From: Lama guanicoe
Taxonomy: Eukaryota
Direction: 5' to 3'
DNA length: 64,000 bases
Assembly (NCBI GenBank): GCA_013239625.1
Contig: MU054026.1
Location: 310,001 to 374,000, forward strand
The notes below the pieces were generated by a model that saw only the letters and a list, made by a program, of their open reading frames with translations, had not been told where the DNA came from and made no database searches. Below, one piece after another: positions 25,658-41,465 of this stretch (position 1 is the first letter of the stretch; the number at the start of each line of letters is the position of its first letter). The translations under genes and the position numbers were made by a program.

Positions 25658-27364
25658 AAAATTATACTTTCTGTATTTGTTCTTAAATTTGTGCCTTCCC
25701 TCCTCCTCTCATTTTTCTGGTTCCACATTAAAAAATTTATTTGGTTAGATTGTAATTATCTTCCTCAAAACATTTTGTAATTGTCTTTGGTATAATACTT
25801 TTAAAACCTGGGAAAGAATATGTATGCTCGTGTTTCCATTATCATATGAAAGGAACAGATTACTTAGGTTTCTCAGACTACATTTTAAGGAAAGAAATGA
25901 ATATTCAAATAGATGAGGTTTAAGTGGTTAAAACTGAATGGTTTCTTTCTTGTTGCACTTTGATTTCCCAGCCTGTGAATTTACTCTGATCGTATCTAAT
26001 TGTTGAAAAGGTGGCTTAGGAGTAAAAAGGTGTGCATAAATCTTAATTAATAGCAAAGCATAGTTACTATGCACTGTATTCGTGAGCCAAAATAAATAGT
26101 ATGGTGACAGTTTTCAAACTGCAACGTAGGAAAGTTTATTCAGTTAAAGAACTGCTGTAGCCTTGGCTGCCTGGGGATAATGGGACACGAGGACTGTGGA
26201 ATGACAATGAACTATTTAAATGGCCTATGAAGAGATGGTGTTAGATAATTATAAAGCAAAGAACCTCAAGCTGGACTAAATATTCTTATTCCGACTTACT
26301 GCTGAGCTCTGAAAGTTGAATTATAACTGCAGTATGAATAACTGAAGTTTAAAGGCTTGATTTATAGGTTTAACATTTTTTTTAAAGTCAAATCCTTTCA
26401 GAATGGTTTTAGTGGAATTAACCTCTAATGATTTTATGTCATTTTGTGAACATGCCTAGTTTTCCTCTGAGGAAAAATTGAGTGTGAGAAAAGGAAACAA
26501 AACTGAATAGTCTTCGGTTTAGTTCTTTTTTAAAACTTGCATTTCTTAGACTTAGGGAACAGGAAGAAAATGAATGTATTGAAATATGCTCTTTTCCCCC
26601 ATCTTCCTCATTGTCTTCTTTTCCTATCTGTAAATTTTCCTAATTAATTTTTTACTAATATAATATCTTTCTGTTTGAACTGATTGAGAAAATAATCAAA
26701 GGCCAGACCTCTTGGGCGTTTGTTACACTTTGATTGTCCATGACCCGGCCTTTGAATGATTCTGGGCTTCAGTTGAGCAGATTTACCCATTGTCCCATCT
26801 GCTCCACTTTTCGGCGTGTCGTGTTGTAAGAGTTTTATGACTATAGGAGGCATATCCACCTGGGGTTTTGGATGTGACTACCAAGCTTTAGGGTTTGATT
26901 TATATTTGGATCCATGTCTTCAGACATGAAAGGTTAGTGCAAAAGGATGCTTCTCCGCTGTCTCCGTTTCGTTTCAGCAGCTCTGCCTGATGCCTTTGAA
27001 ATGTGCTTTAGTTTCTGTCAGTTTGATTAAGAGGAGGCAAAGAGAAAGTAACGACTAGATGAAAAATGCTTTGTGGTCTGTGTGGCGCGGATAGGTTGGG
27101 TAATGTTGAGCAGAGTGTACAGATAGGTAAGCGTTGCTGCAGCGGAGTTGTGGTGAGATGCGGCGCGGTTTCAGGCTGACCCTCAGATCGCCTGCATACG
27201 GTCACCCTGGGTCCAGAGCCCAGGTTTATAACAATAGGGACTGGATTTTTTTTTCTTTCTTTCCTTCTTTTTTTTTATTTAATCCAAGAATAATTAGTAC
27301 CTTGAGAACAGGTTCTTGCCAATCAAGTCAAAGGATTATTTATAATCCAAAACGATGCTGTCTG

Positions 27365-27542
27365 AGCTAATAGCCACAATTCACATGCGGCGACTTAAGT
27401 TAACTAAAATTAAATAAAGTTGAAAATGCATTTGCTCTGTTACCATAATCACGTTTCAGGTGCTTAATAGCCACCTGTGGGCAGTGCAGGTATGGGATGC
27501 TTCCACTATTGCCAGAAGTTCTGTTGTGCACTGCTGGTCTGG
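27365..27542. mobile_element. MER3-like hAT-Charlie relic
   Basis: TAGCCAC...AAAATTAAATAAA...TTTCAGGTGCTTAATAGCCACCTGTGG pattern. Confidence 0.65.
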
Positions 27543-28766
27543 AGTGCTAGTGGACTAATTCGTAATGGACGAGTAACCATATTATCCTTCTGGTAACTGT
27601 ATTACCATATCTGCTACCTACAACACCATTTTTCAAGGCAACTTGGAAATTAAATCAGTCTTCAGGAGACTGTTGATTTCTTAGTGAGCCATGAAGGAGC
27701 TAGCCTGAAGGAGCTAGAAAGTTTGTGAACTATTTTCTCTGAGTTTGGGGAAATCTTTAAAGGACTTTCTCTCTTGACATTACCTTCCTAGTTCAGGGTC
27801 ACTTGAATATGCCGGCTACGCTCTATATTTTGAATAAACATTGACAAATTATCTTGATCACAAGATAATCCTTTGCAGCTGAGATCAAGGTAACATAATT
27901 TTCTGGTTGCACAATTTTGTGAAATGGGATTGAGGCTGTTGATTTTAAATTGTTTTATAGTGCTGTTTGACCTACTGAAACATTTGTCCTTGAAAGAAAC
28001 TGTCTTACATTGAATAGTACTTGTCTTGAGGTATTAATTAGAGGAGCTTACTGAGATTTGTATTTTAAGTATGTGGGCAAGTCCTCTTTACCTCCACCAT
28101 CATCACTTGCTGTGTCTTCTAAATGTTGTAGATTTAAGAAGTGTATTATTAGGTTGATGCTGTCATTAGTATTAGTGCCAGCATGAGTGAGAATAATAAT
28201 TACGGTAATCACCTTGCATATGTAAATTGCTTGAATAGCTCCAAAACCCGTTAGCGTAGATTGAGAACTAAAATGGAGAAGTAGTTAAAATCATGGCTTT
28301 GCAGACCATTTTTCATTCAGATTCCAGTTGTGTCTCTTGTTCAGTTGTAGTCTTGGATTAGCTACTTAACCTTTACTAAGTGTAAATTCCTCATCTGTGA
28401 AATAGGAATAATGGTTAGATTTTTTTTTTGAGTAATTGTGAGGTCTGTAAATGAGATTTAAATATTTAAAGGATTTAATATATTGTGGGGCAATACTGAG
28501 CAGTAATAAATGTTAGTTGCTTTTGTTACTTTATCTGATCTGCTTTTAACAGTTGTCATGATTGCACTTATACGTTGTTTTTTAACTCATGAAATGTGCG
28601 TTATTTTTAAACCATGGAAAGATGGAAGCTTAATTAAGTGATTTAACAGTAAATTATGGAACCAAGACCTGAAATCTGGCAGTCAGAACCCTCGATTCGT
28701 AGCTCTCACAGTGACTCATTGAATAACCAACTAGTTGGACTCCATTCTCTCTGTTAAGGAATCATG

Positions 28767-28813
28767 TTATTATTATTACTATTATTATTATTACTATTAC
28801 TATTATTATTATT
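28767..28813 (+). repeat. (TAT/TAC)n trinucleotide microsatellite
   Basis: TTATTATTATTACTATTATTATTATTACTATTACTATTATTATTATT. Confidence 0.95.
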
Positions 28814-31800
28814 TTAGCTATTCTGAAAAGGAAGTAACCTCAGGTACAATTTTCTGTATACTATAGCAAGTTGGTTAAGAATACTTTTCTTGGGTTCTGA
28901 ATTTATTTCTACCTTGAAGTAGCTTTGTTAAATAATTTTCATGAGTAAACTGGCACTCTGGGTTAAACCAGTTTAATAAAATAAATTATTTAATAGGACC
29001 TATTAATGATCTGTTTCCTCTCATTATAATTATGTACTTTACTGTTTTTAGAATATAGCACTAAGTTCCTAGAGATAATTTCAGTTAATTTTATGTTAGG
29101 GTTTTTTTGTGAGGGAAGGTACGGGGAAGTTGGTATTCTTTGTAATGTCTCTACTAAATAGTAGGTTTCTTTACATTTAAAAAAAGTGTCTTTTTTCCAT
29201 GAGTGATAGTGATTTAAATTATAGCTGAGGTAGCTTGATAATTTTTGCTTTTCCATCTTCCAACCAGTTTACTTATGAACTGCAATTACGATGCGAACAG
29301 ATTATCAAGGCATTAGTAGACTAGCGTAGCAATATAGAAACATGACTCTGTGACCCATGATCATTAACCCACATCTAAGTGCATGTACATACAAAATGCA
29401 TACAGGGTTTTCTCTGTATGTATGTTTGTTACATTTACATTGTATCCACAATGTAAAACAGAGCAATTGAGCCTTGACCGTATAGTGATGAATGCAGGAG
29501 AAATAGTTTCATTTTCTCAGAAAAATGTGCAGACCCCCTTTACGTTAGGGTGCGGACCCTAATGACCAGAAACAGAACAACAAAAAAAAACTTCTGTTTT
29601 TTAAATGTCTGCATTTTACAGGAAGGAAAACAGTGATCAAAAAGAAAAAGTATTAATGGGGACATTTGTATTACTTCAAAAGTGAAAAAAAAGCAGAATC
29701 CTGGCTATAAAATTTGAGTTGGGCAGAAGAGTCTCATTCTGTTTCATTTTCTTCCTCAGATGTTTTGTAAATGACAATAATAAAGGACAGAATTATGATG
29801 ACAGCTGATAAAGTTATTCACGGCTATAAAATTTGTTTAGTGGTATCACTGATGTCATCAAAATACCTCTTACTGGTTTTTGTGTAAATAATATGTGTAA
29901 CTTTTATAAGCATACTCTGTTTGATCTGATTCTGTGATGCCTTTCTTTTGTGTCATAAAGGAAGAGTTCGGGAATTTCTTGTGAATTTATTCTTGCTGAT
30001 GCATGGTGGAATCTTCTTTATCAGTCACTTTGGTTTCCTTACTGTTGTCTAAGATTGTCAAAACTTTTAGATTTGTCTCGAAATCAGTGGTAGCAGGTAG
30101 ACTAAATGAGTTTTTCCCAGTGTAGGATGGAGCCCTGAAAGAATATTGATTCATGTTCTGTGAACCTGTTCTGTCTTTACAGTTAGTTTCTGCCAGAAGA
30201 AAATAGAAACTAACATGCTTGGAAGACAAGATTAACCACTGAGAAGTTAAAATGAATGAAATTTACAAAGCGAATAGCCCTCTTCCCTGAGTAAGATACA
30301 CATGTAAAATTTCAAAGTAAAATTGAAGATTTGTGGTTAAGACTTCGTTGATCAGGATGGTAGAAGAAACTCCTGTGCTTTGTAAGAGTTAAATGCATCG
30401 GTGTGTGTGCAGACTGTAGCATACAGACACGACTCCTGTTTTAATCTCAGTAGTTCAAGTGATTTCTTCTATACGAGTATATTTTTGTCTTGAACTATGA
30501 ATTACCGCATAGCTTGTATTTGATTTGACAGAGGTTGGACTCATTGTCTTATGTTTATTGAAGAATTAGCCTTATTTTAATAATAGAAATCGATGAGTGA
30601 GCCGTTATGAGTCCTGCAAATGGACTAGCTGACCAGTAATGGTATTCTGTTGAACGAGTATGTACTAGTTTAGCTTAGCTCTAGTCTGGGCTTAGGGAAG
30701 TATTACAGCTGAAAGAGTTACATGATGGCCTTTACCTTGAGAGAATTTAGCGAAAGAAGATATGATGTAGTTGAATAAACATAATCCTTTATAAACATGC
30801 TGGAAAAAAATTAGGCTTGTTTATGGTAGTACCAAGCACTTTCATTGGCCAGTATTTCTGTGAATATTTCAAGAGAGAACTTTTGAACATTCACATAGGC
30901 TCTGTGAATCTGAAAGTTTTCTCTCTGACAACAGAACAGACTGGGTTTTTTTTGTTTTTTGTTTTTTTTATTTTTTGGTTTATGTTTTCAAGTGGCAGAG
31001 AAAAGAAAAAAAATACAACTTTTTTTTTCTCCTTAGATTCCCTAAGAAAGCATATGTGTATCTGACCAAAGCATCATCTGTTGTATAGCTAATTTTTTTT
31101 TGGAAAATCCATTGATCTTGTAACTCCCCTAAAGTTTCTTGATGTGAGTAAAGTTTGAAACCTGCAGCCGATACATTTCTCTATACAGGAGTTTTTATTA
31201 ACCATATATTGAAAAGTGGCAGAATCATTTAATTTATATGGGTCTTTGTCTTGACCTTGTTCAAAGACCCTTGGAAGAAGCAATCTGAGAGAAAACAATT
31301 ATGTTCAGACCTGGTTTTCATTTCATATGGTTGGGTTAAATTAATCAGATGGGCCTTTATTCTTTGAGGTTTTATTATGAAATAAAGTAACTTTATTTAG
31401 CATTGTCTTGATAAATACTAATCTTGTGGTTTTTTTCAACAACTTCCCCACAACTAATTGTTTTTAAAATAACTTTAGTTTTTAAATAACTTACTTTTTT
31501 CTTATTACAAAGATAGTATGCATCCACAGTGGTAGATTATTGAAGTACAAAGATTAAAAATTATGGCTAATCCTCTACCCACAATAGGCATTATTAGTAT
31601 TTTAGTTGATATTCTTTTGGTAAGTAAGTAAATAAATGAATGAATAAATAAATGTATAAATGTGTTATGTGTGGATGTCTATGTGTTTATTTTTAATTTG
31701 GGATCATAGTGTGTGTGTGTATGTTTAAATTAATCCTGCTTTTACACTTAATGGTGTCTCATAATTGTTCCAGGGCATTTCAGATACTTTCATAAGATGA

Positions 31801-34399
31801 TTTGTAAAGACTTTAAAATTTTCCATGGTGAATATATGCCATAATTTATTTCAACAATCCTCTGGGGTTGGCTGTTCAAAGTATTTGCAATTCTGTGCTG
31901 CTGTAAAGCCATTATCCACCTTATATTTCCTACTAGCTTGAAAATAAAAAGTGAGAATTGCTCTTTTAAGTTATTTTTCTATGGCTTTTTTGATATTTGT
32001 TACACACTATATTTCTTGGTTATCAGACATAGTCATAAGATGTATGTTGGTGCCTAAAACCAGGGTCAAAATACGGTATACATCGTTGAATTATTTTAGC
32101 AGTTATAGTCTGTCTTATGTTTTCATCTTGTTTTCACAACTAGATATTAAACTCCTTAAGCAATCATACCATCTCTTGATAAACTAACAAAACTAACCCA
32201 TATTTAATAGCATCTGTGAATTTGGGCCATGTGTCTGGTATTTTGATAAGTACTTGTTGATGGATGCCTTTTGTAAAGATAAAATAGGTATATGAATATG
32301 GAATAAACTGGCCAAGGTAAATTTGTAAAGCAGAAATCATTCCTCTCCAGTTTCCTTTCGACACCGCCTGTCTCTCCCCATTTATCTCGCTCTGGTTTCT
32401 GAGGCAGCTTTGAAATAGATACACATTGTTTTTCAGTTCCTCTCACTCTTTCCTATCTTGTTTCGGGCTGTATATGTGATGTCTACTATAAGGAAAATTC
32501 TAGGTCATGATGAACTTCAAGAAAGCTGATTCCCAGTAAGCATCTTCTGTATGTATAGGTCTTCCTACTCGCCACCTTGAAGAGAACTTGGTTTATTTAG
32601 TTGAATATTTCCTGAGAACTCCCACCCTGGTCTCTCTCTGATGGCTGGGCACTTCATGCTCCCTGATACGCTGACAAACAAGCTATTTCCCCTGAGTGGG
32701 ACATTTTCTCCTGTTTGTTTGGCTGATTCTGTATCCTTCAAGTCTCTGCTTAAATGTTTTCCTGCTTGAGATGCCTTCTCAGGACCCTCCATATTTTCTA
32801 TCATAGTGCCCTGTTCATGACTTTCATATTAGTGTTTAAATTTGTATATCGGCATGTAGGCATTTCCCCTATAGGCATACAGGCAGTACCACATAATGAC
32901 ACCCTTTCCTGCCTTAAGCTCCGTTGTTTCTTTTGTTCAGCCGCGTTTATCTATGCTTATCTCCAGAGCCAGGACCTGATGGAAGTTTGCAATTTACAAC
33001 AACAATGAAGTAGTGTGTATTTAAGTTGAAAGTATATGAATACTAGGGAAAAGTGACCAAGGGCATAGATCATTCTTTTTTCCAGCTTCCTTTTGAGAGT
33101 TACTCCCTTCCCTTGCCCCCCACAGCTTCCCAAAGCTCTTGAGCAGAATTCCAGAGCATGCATTTGTGTTCCATTCTCTCAAAAGTCCTGTCAGTAAATA
33201 TAAATATCCATTGAATGAATAAATGCTAGGCTTTATCACCCATTCATAGCTCTAGCACTCAAGAAGCTTACAGTCTAGCAGGGCAGATATGAGAAAGTTG
33301 TGGTGATCATGGAAATCTACCTGTTCCCAGGGATCTCTGTCTGGTTTGACACTTTGTCTTCCCTTCTGTGTACATTGTAGCAAGTCGACCTACTTTTAGT
33401 TCTGTCCTTGGTCTGAATACCTGCCAATCTGAGGCATCCTCCTCAAGCACATATTTCTGTTCTCCCATTAAATCTGATAATACATGGTTAGTATACTCCA
33501 CGCAGTTTCCTGGGCATGTTGTTATTTGGTTCTTACAGATTCTTTACATTTAAATAGCTTTTAAAACGCCTTGCTGTTTAGTTCTTCGAGAGGATAGAAC
33601 TCAGTAATTACATCATTACTTCTGTGACAGTGGGCTTCTCTTCCAACTCTGTGACTTCTCGTGAATTCTGTAGAAACCTGTGTTCCTTAGAAAGAGAGAA
33701 TGACTCTTCTATTGATAACTTGACCTGGCTCCTTCCTAGGATGGGCACCCTAGTGAGGGTTATTTCTTTGGGAGTAATTTGAAACAGATTGTACTAGTTT
33801 TACCCTGCTGTTGAACAGAATGCAGATTTTTATCATTTAAGAGATCTAGGTCACTGACATTCAGACCCCGAATGAAATATAAGTTGTTAAAGTTCGTTGT
33901 TGGTCCTTGTTACCTACAGTTGTTCCCTAACTGGAGACAGTAGAAGCTGCTTTTGTACTGGTGAGAACAGCCCAAGTTGGTCTCTGTTGTCATCAGCACC
34001 TGGGGAGATGAAGTGACATAGATTATGGGCTTATAATAGCTGCTTATAATTTGTATAGTGCTTTATAATTCTCTAAAGTTTTATAAATGTTTAGTAAATT
34101 TTTTATCAGTATTTTAATCATTTCATCTGCATTGAGGCTTAAAAGTAGAAGGTCTTATGGTTTGGAGAACTGATAAGGGTGGCTGGAGTGTAGCATGTCA
34201 GTTGGAGAGTTATAGGAGCTTAATTTGGAGAGGACGGCAGGCCCTGTCATTTAGGAATTATTATAGCTGATTCTAGACTTCCCCTGATGCCTGAAGTCCA
34301 GCTGAGAGCTGGCTTTGCCATCTCCAGATCCTCGCCCTTCTGCTCTTTTGCAACTGAGCCGTCAGTTGTATTGTGCACTTAGACTTTCCTAGAAGTACG

Positions 34400-34960
34400 T
34401 GATGCTCTAGCTGGTCTTCAGTGGTGACCCTCAGTGACGCATGCCTCCCGATCGATAATCACCCTTCCGTGTTGGATCTGCACTAGCCCTGTGATTCATT
34501 TGAACTCACATGATACAGCCGAAGTGACGCTATGCCTGTTCCAAGCCTCAACTTGAAGACAGCTTGATAGTTTCTGTTTTTGCACTTTGGGAATAATGGG
34601 CCACCATAAGATGTCCAGCTGCCTTGTTGCAGTGACATTGTTGAAAGACTGCCCGGAGAGGGAGCAGCACTGAGAGTACCTTCAGAAAGAGAGAGGCCAC
34701 CACCCTGGATTGCCAGCTGAGCCCACCCTTTCTCACAAAGGCGTTAGAAATGTGAGTGACGTTACCTCGGACATTCCAGCTCCAGCTGCCAAATGACAGC
34801 CATCTGATGAGAGACTGTTAGACTAGTAGAAAAAATATCCAGCTGTCTCCCAAGAAAATGACTTTCTGACATCTCCAAGAATCATGACAAATAATTAAAT
34901 GCATGTTGTCTTAAGGTACTAAGTTTTGGGGTGCTTTTTTATATAGTAATAAAAAATAGC
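34400..34960 (+). mobile_element. MaLR (MLT1-like) LTR relic
   Basis: 3' end GTTGTCTTAAGGTACTAAGTTTTGGGGTGC...ATAGTAATA typical of MLT1. Boundaries approximate. Confidence 0.6.
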
Positions 34961-37144
34961 ACATGATCAAGGGAGATTTTGAGTGGTAACTTTCTAGTGC
35001 TACAGAAATTGCAAAATTGACTCAAGCAGAGAAATACCTAGAAATTCTGCTCTCAGTCTCAGAGGCTGGTGCCAGAGACAAACTTGTCAACAAACAATCA
35101 TAGCATGAGTGGTGCCTCTCATTTTGCGTTCAACAGTATCAGAGTGATCTTTCCCTATCAGTGTATATTGATTTTTCTCTCTTTGATTTTTTATTGTATT
35201 TCACAGTGTGTGTGCGCCAGAGTTTACTTAACACTTCACACTGTTGATAGACATTTACGTTCCTTTATTTCTGAGTTTTCTGTATTGCAAATAGTGATGC
35301 TCAAATGTAAATATATCTGAGATCATTTAAACTTGTCCTTCAAAATGGCTTTACCAGTTTGTGGTACCAGCATCCTCACCAATGCATTCTTTGGTAGCTG
35401 TTCATAAGATTGAGAATAGTCCTCTTTTAGTATTCAAATAGAAAAGTTACAGCTATGCTATATACGAAGTAGTATATATTAGCAGCAAACATGAATTCCG
35501 GAGCTAGGGAAAAATGACTACAGAAAATTTTCAGTTCATCTAACGATTTAGTGAGGGAAAGAGAGATCCCCAATACATTCTCCCACATCTAAACTTAATT
35601 TGCTGTTGCCAGTTCTTCTCTCAAAGGAAACTAATGGGAAGTCAACTACTGTATCATAAATATGAAACTTGTGTTTAGTAAATTACAAGACTTAATTGAC
35701 CCTAAATGTCCTACTGTAAGTGCATGACTAGAGGAGGTAGCGAAGACTCGTGGAAGGAGCATGGACTCCAGAGACCTGGGGTTGAAATCCTAGCTCTGCC
35801 ACTTCATTGTAGTAGCTATATTTTTATTAATTTTAAAAACTAGTTTGGAATGGGTTGCAACGTGAGTGAGAATGTAATTCTTTAAAGAGTACACAGAATT
35901 CTACTGCCTGTCATATTTTGCATCCATTGTCTTATTTGACTTTTGGTAGCGGGAATAGAAGTTAAGACTTCCTTTTGTAGATGTGGGTTCAAAAATGACA
36001 GTTCAAAAATGGAGTGCTCCGTTAGAACCCAGGGCTTCTGGCTCCTGGTCTAGCACGCTTTCCTTTAAGTCACATTGCCCGATGTTCTTTTGAGTCCCTT
36101 GTGATTAATTCTTGGTTTGTTTTCATGTTGCTAGCATATTTGTGTAAGGTTCCGCCAGAGCCAACAAAATGTTTAGTCCCTGCTTTGTGTGAGTAATAAT
36201 GCTAAGCACTTATTGTTGGCTTATCCGTTTTCATTTAGCGATTACGATTACCTCAGGTGAAAAGGAATTTGTTATTTGGAAGAAAGCGAATCTGATAGTT
36301 TTATATTACAATGATCCTCAAACTCTTTGTATGAAGTTACTGTTTTCATTTCTGAAACAATACGGCCACATAAATGTGATGAGAGCCCCTTAGCTGAGGA
36401 ATATGAAGAATATTGATGACTTTTAGTTTTGTGAGGGAGATGGTAATTGGTGGAAGTCTTTGGCATCCTTACAGGAATGCCATCATTACATGTTTAATGG
36501 AAAGACAGACACTCATAAAGACAGACCACCATTAAAGCTACCAAGCTAATTTAATGTCCACGTTTGCATCATGCTATGAATTTGTTTAGAAAGAAAGAGG
36601 GCATTTTGATGCATGAATAATGCTGATGTTTAAAATTATATTTTTTAAAACAAAATCTAGTTCCATTTTGAGGAACTGGGAAATTCTCTTGAACTCTATA
36701 GATTTGAAGGGTCAATGTATTATTTAATGTATATAACCTAGGATAGATTGGTATGTAAGACCTCCAGAGGACTCTATCAACTGCAACTCTAGAAATTTTT
36801 TTATTACCGCCAGTTCCTTTATTACCGTTAATTCTTTTATCACTTCTTCTTAAAAGCAAAGTACACATGCACACCGGTACACTTAAGTCTTAGAGTATTA
36901 CATTAGAGGTCCCAAAGAAATGCCTTATGTATGTAACTGTCTATTATTTTTTTATATTGAGACATGAGGAAAATAGAAAAAAATAGTTTATTTCCATTTT
37001 GAGGAACCATTATTATAATTCTCTCCCTTTGTAATAATCAAAATACAAGAAATGTGGAACATGGAGATACTTTCAGGAAGGGCTTCAGTATTTTTTAGCA
37101 TGTTTATATGGCAGATTGTAGACCAGTAAAAAATTTTCTTTTCA

Positions 37145-39195
37145 TATGTACTCTGTCCAGACACATGCATAGCCTCTCTCATTATCAACACCCTCCACCG
37201 CTGTGGCACATTTTTTTACAGTCGATGAACCTACACTGACAAATCATAACCACCCAAAGTCCATAGTTAACCTCAGGGTTCACTCTTGGTGTTGTACATT
37301 CTGTGGGCTTTGACAAATGTTTAATGTTATTTATCCATCATTATAGTCTGTTACAGCAGTTTCACTGCCTTAAAAATCTTGTGTGCTCCAGTCATTTACC
37401 ACTTCTTCCCCGCCAACCCTGGGCAACCAGTTATCTTTTTATTGTCTTCATAGTTTTTACCTTTTCTGTGGTTGGAATCGCACAGCCTCTTCAGATTGGC
37501 TTCTTTCATGTATAATGTGCACTTAAGGTTCCTCTGTGTCTTTTCAGGGGTTGGTAACTCCTTTCTTTTTAGTGCTGAATAACATTGTCCAAATGTATCA
37601 GTTCATCCATTCACCTGCTGAAGACCATCTGAGTTGCTTCCAAATTTCGGCTGTTGTAAACAAAGCTGCTGTGAATACATATCCATGTGCAGGCTTTCGT
37701 GTGGACATAAGTGTTCATCTCCTTTGGGTAAACACCAAGGAGGGCCGTTCCTGGACCATATGGTAAGAGTGTGTCTAGTTTTGTGAGAAACTTCCAAAGA
37801 GGTTGTGCCATTTTGCATTCCCAGCAGCAGTTAGAGTTCCTGTGGCTCCACATCCTCACCTGCATTTGGTGTTGTCAGTGTTCCTAATTTTGGCCACTGT
37901 AATAGACGTTCAGTGGTTTCTCCTTGTTTTAATTTGCATTTCCCTGATGGCATATGATGTGGAACATCTTTTCATATGCTTTTTTTGCCATCTGTATTTC
38001 TTCTTTGGTGAAGAAATGGTTGTTCATTAAGATCTTTGGCCCATTTTTAAAATCAGGTTTCTTATTTTCTTATTGTTGAGTTTGAAGTTCTTGGTATATT
38101 TTTGGTAACAATCTTTTATCATGTGTGTCTTTTGCAAATCTTTTCTCCCAATCTGCAGCTGTCTTCTCATTCTTTTGGCAATTTTAACGAAGTCCAGCTT
38201 GTCAGTTTATTCTTTCATGGAATGTGCCTTTGATGTTGCATTTTAAAAGCTGTCAACATACTCCAGGTTATCTAGGTTTTTTTCCTATGTTATCTCCTAG
38301 GAGTTCTGTAGTTTTGTGATTTACATTTGGGTCTGTGATCCATTTTGAGTCAATTTTTGTGAAGGGTTGTAAGGTCTTTGTCTACATGCATTCTTTTGCA
38401 TGTGCATGTCCAGTTGTGTCAGCAACATTTGTTGAGAGACTCTTTGCTCCATTTTATTGCCTCTGCTTTTTGTCAAAAATCAGTTGATTCCATGTGGTCT
38501 ACTTCTGGACTTTCTGTTCTGTCCCACTGATCCATTTATCTGTTCTTGCTAATAGTACACTGTCTTGATTATTGTGGCTGTGTATTAAGACTTGCAGTTG
38601 GGTAATGTGTATCCTCCAGTTTTGTTCCTCAATACTGTGTTTGGGTATTAGGGATCTTTTGCCTCCTACAAACTTTAGAATCAATTTATTGATATCCACA
38701 AAATCACTTGTTGGGAGTTTTTTGACTGGAATTGCATTGAATCTATAGATCAAGTTGGGAAGTACTGACATCTTGATAATATTGTGTCTTCTTACCCTGA
38801 ATGGAATATCTGTCCATTTATTTAGTTCTTTTGATTTTGTTCATTAGAGTTTTGTAGTTTTCCTCATGTAGATCTTGTACATATTTTGTTAGATTCATAC
38901 TAATTTCATTTTGGGGGCTGGTAATGTAAACTGTATTGTGTTTTTAATTTCAAATTTTACTTATTTAATGCTGGTATATAGGAAAGAGATTGACATCTGT
39001 GTATGAATCTTGTATCCTCCTTGCTATCACTGCTTATTAGTTCCAGGAGTTTTTTTGTCCATTTTTTAAAATATTTTCTGCATAGATGATTATGTCACTT
39101 GGGAATAAAACCAGTGTTCTTTCTTCCCAATCTGTACATCACTTATTGCCTTTTTCTTGTCTTATTGCATCAGCTAGTACTTCCAGTATTATATT
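37145..39195 (-). mobile_element. Old L1 (L1MC-like) 3' UTR plus degenerate ORF2 C-terminal region
   Basis: Minus-strand ORF fragments resembling L1 ORF2p (MSVLPNLIYRFNAIPVK...INKLILKF at 38499-38771; CCWECKMAQPLWK at 37611-37865), with many frameshifts. Confidence 0.9.
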
Positions 39196-39231
39196 GATGA
39201 TCATTACCATTCTTTATCCTGCTTTCAGTGA

Positions 39232-39402
<171 letters not shown>

Positions 39403-41285
39403 TAAATCAAGAATTTTTTTAGAAGAATTATTTATTGCCACGTACCTCACAAATGTGAGTGTATTGAGTATAACCTCTAGTTGTGAGTTCCGTGCTATTA
39501 AAGTGGAAAACTTGGGTTATCTGCCTTTCTTATATTTTCATGTTACGTTGAACCATGGAGTAGGTAGTGGATATCATAAGTGTACCAATTATAAGTGAAG
39601 TCCATGCTAAGCTTGATGCCTCGCTTGTATGTTCTCTCCTTCTCTGTACGGCAGTTTATGTTCAAGCTGATTTGATAAATCAAATGACACAGTGCTACCT
39701 CGTCCCTTCAGTTACCTTAAGTCATCATTAGCAGTTCACCTCCCCAGTTAAGATACTACTTGTCTTACGTAGTACATAGAGAACTGTGCACCCATGAGAA
39801 GGTTACATGATTTAAGTAATTTATTTGTTTCTTGATCTTATGTATTGGTCCAGAATATGTTTAATTAAAAGATGGCTCCAATGAAACTCTTTTACAAAGG
39901 TTAGAACAACAACAACAAAAATTTATGTGTGCGTTAGCACTGACATAGGAGATGTCTGGTCTAACATTCTATGTCTAGAAAGCAGAAATAACAGTTATAT
40001 TAATCACATTAGGAGAGAAGAATGGCAATTTTGTAATATGCTCAGCTTATAGTGACCACCACATGGCACAAATAACTTAATTTATATTCGCTGATCAATT
40101 TTCAGTAGGTGGAAAGAGAGAAATTTGTAACTTTACAGTGAACATTTATAAAGTTTAAATTCTAGCATTGCTCATTTAAAAAAAAGCAAATTAGTAGTGT
40201 TTAACAACGTTCATAATCAGTATGAATACTGGAGATCTTTTCTAAATGTATTCATAATACATTCTTGTATACTGAAACTGGGAGAAAAATTTACCTTTTT
40301 TGATTTTTATAGTGCTCACATTCCAAAAGTAGTTTAATCAAAATGCTTACTTATATTTTTCTGTTCTTCAACTTATACACCTTTAGGTGTGAAAATGTAA
40401 CATTAGGGATTACTTTTCCAAACCTTTCTCACTCTCTATACACACTCTTTAAAAAAGAGTCCAGTATCATTTTCATAGTAGTCTATAATATGCCTCCTAA
40501 AACTGAACAGTTTAAGTGATCTTAGATCTTTATGATTATATACATATAGATTTAAAGCATTTTTCCAACAGTTTTGGGTCAGGACTAATCACCCTTTTAG
40601 ACTTCGTTTTATTTTCATGTCATTATTAATACAGTGTTTGCCTTTTTTTTTTTTAAGGGGGCACATTTATACACATAACCAACATTTTATATGTTGTATA
40701 TAGAAGTATATACAGTATATTTAAAGTGTATTGATAAAAGTTTACAAATGATTATAAGCTGTTTTAAGACCATTTGTAAATTGTGAGGGTAGATGTTTAT
40801 TTGTTAAGCTCAAATGGCCTCTGTCCTTAGTTACATACTTCGTTTTATCTTTGTATTTCGTTATAGTTATGTTAATTTCTATAGTTAGATTAGTCCATAT
40901 GGTTTAAGGGTGAACTGTTCTTTGCTAAAAATTGTTAGAAAAACAAAAATCTGATTTATTTTTGAAATAAAATCATTCTTAAGCAAATATGTACAAAATA
41001 CCTTTAAAATTTTATATAGTAAAATTCACACTACTGAATAAACCAAAAATGTCGTAAGTTTAAGGAGGGAGTTATTAGTGAGTAATAGACACCTCTGGAT
41101 AAAACAGGAGTGCTACATATAATAAAATAGTAGTACTGTATAAAGTAGTGTATTTAAAATAATGAAATCGAAATTTGTTAAACTTTAAGTTGTATTTGAT
41201 ATATTCATCTATTACTGAATTGGGGATAATGATACAAACTGATATTGAAAGAGATCATTTTTCATAAAAACCTTTGTTTTTTTAG

Positions 41286-41465
<180 letters not shown>

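Noticed and set aside
27848..27869. 9-bp stem hairpin ATTATCTTG-ATCA-CAAGATAAT
   Set aside because: Short AT-rich stems of this size are expected by chance in 64 kb.
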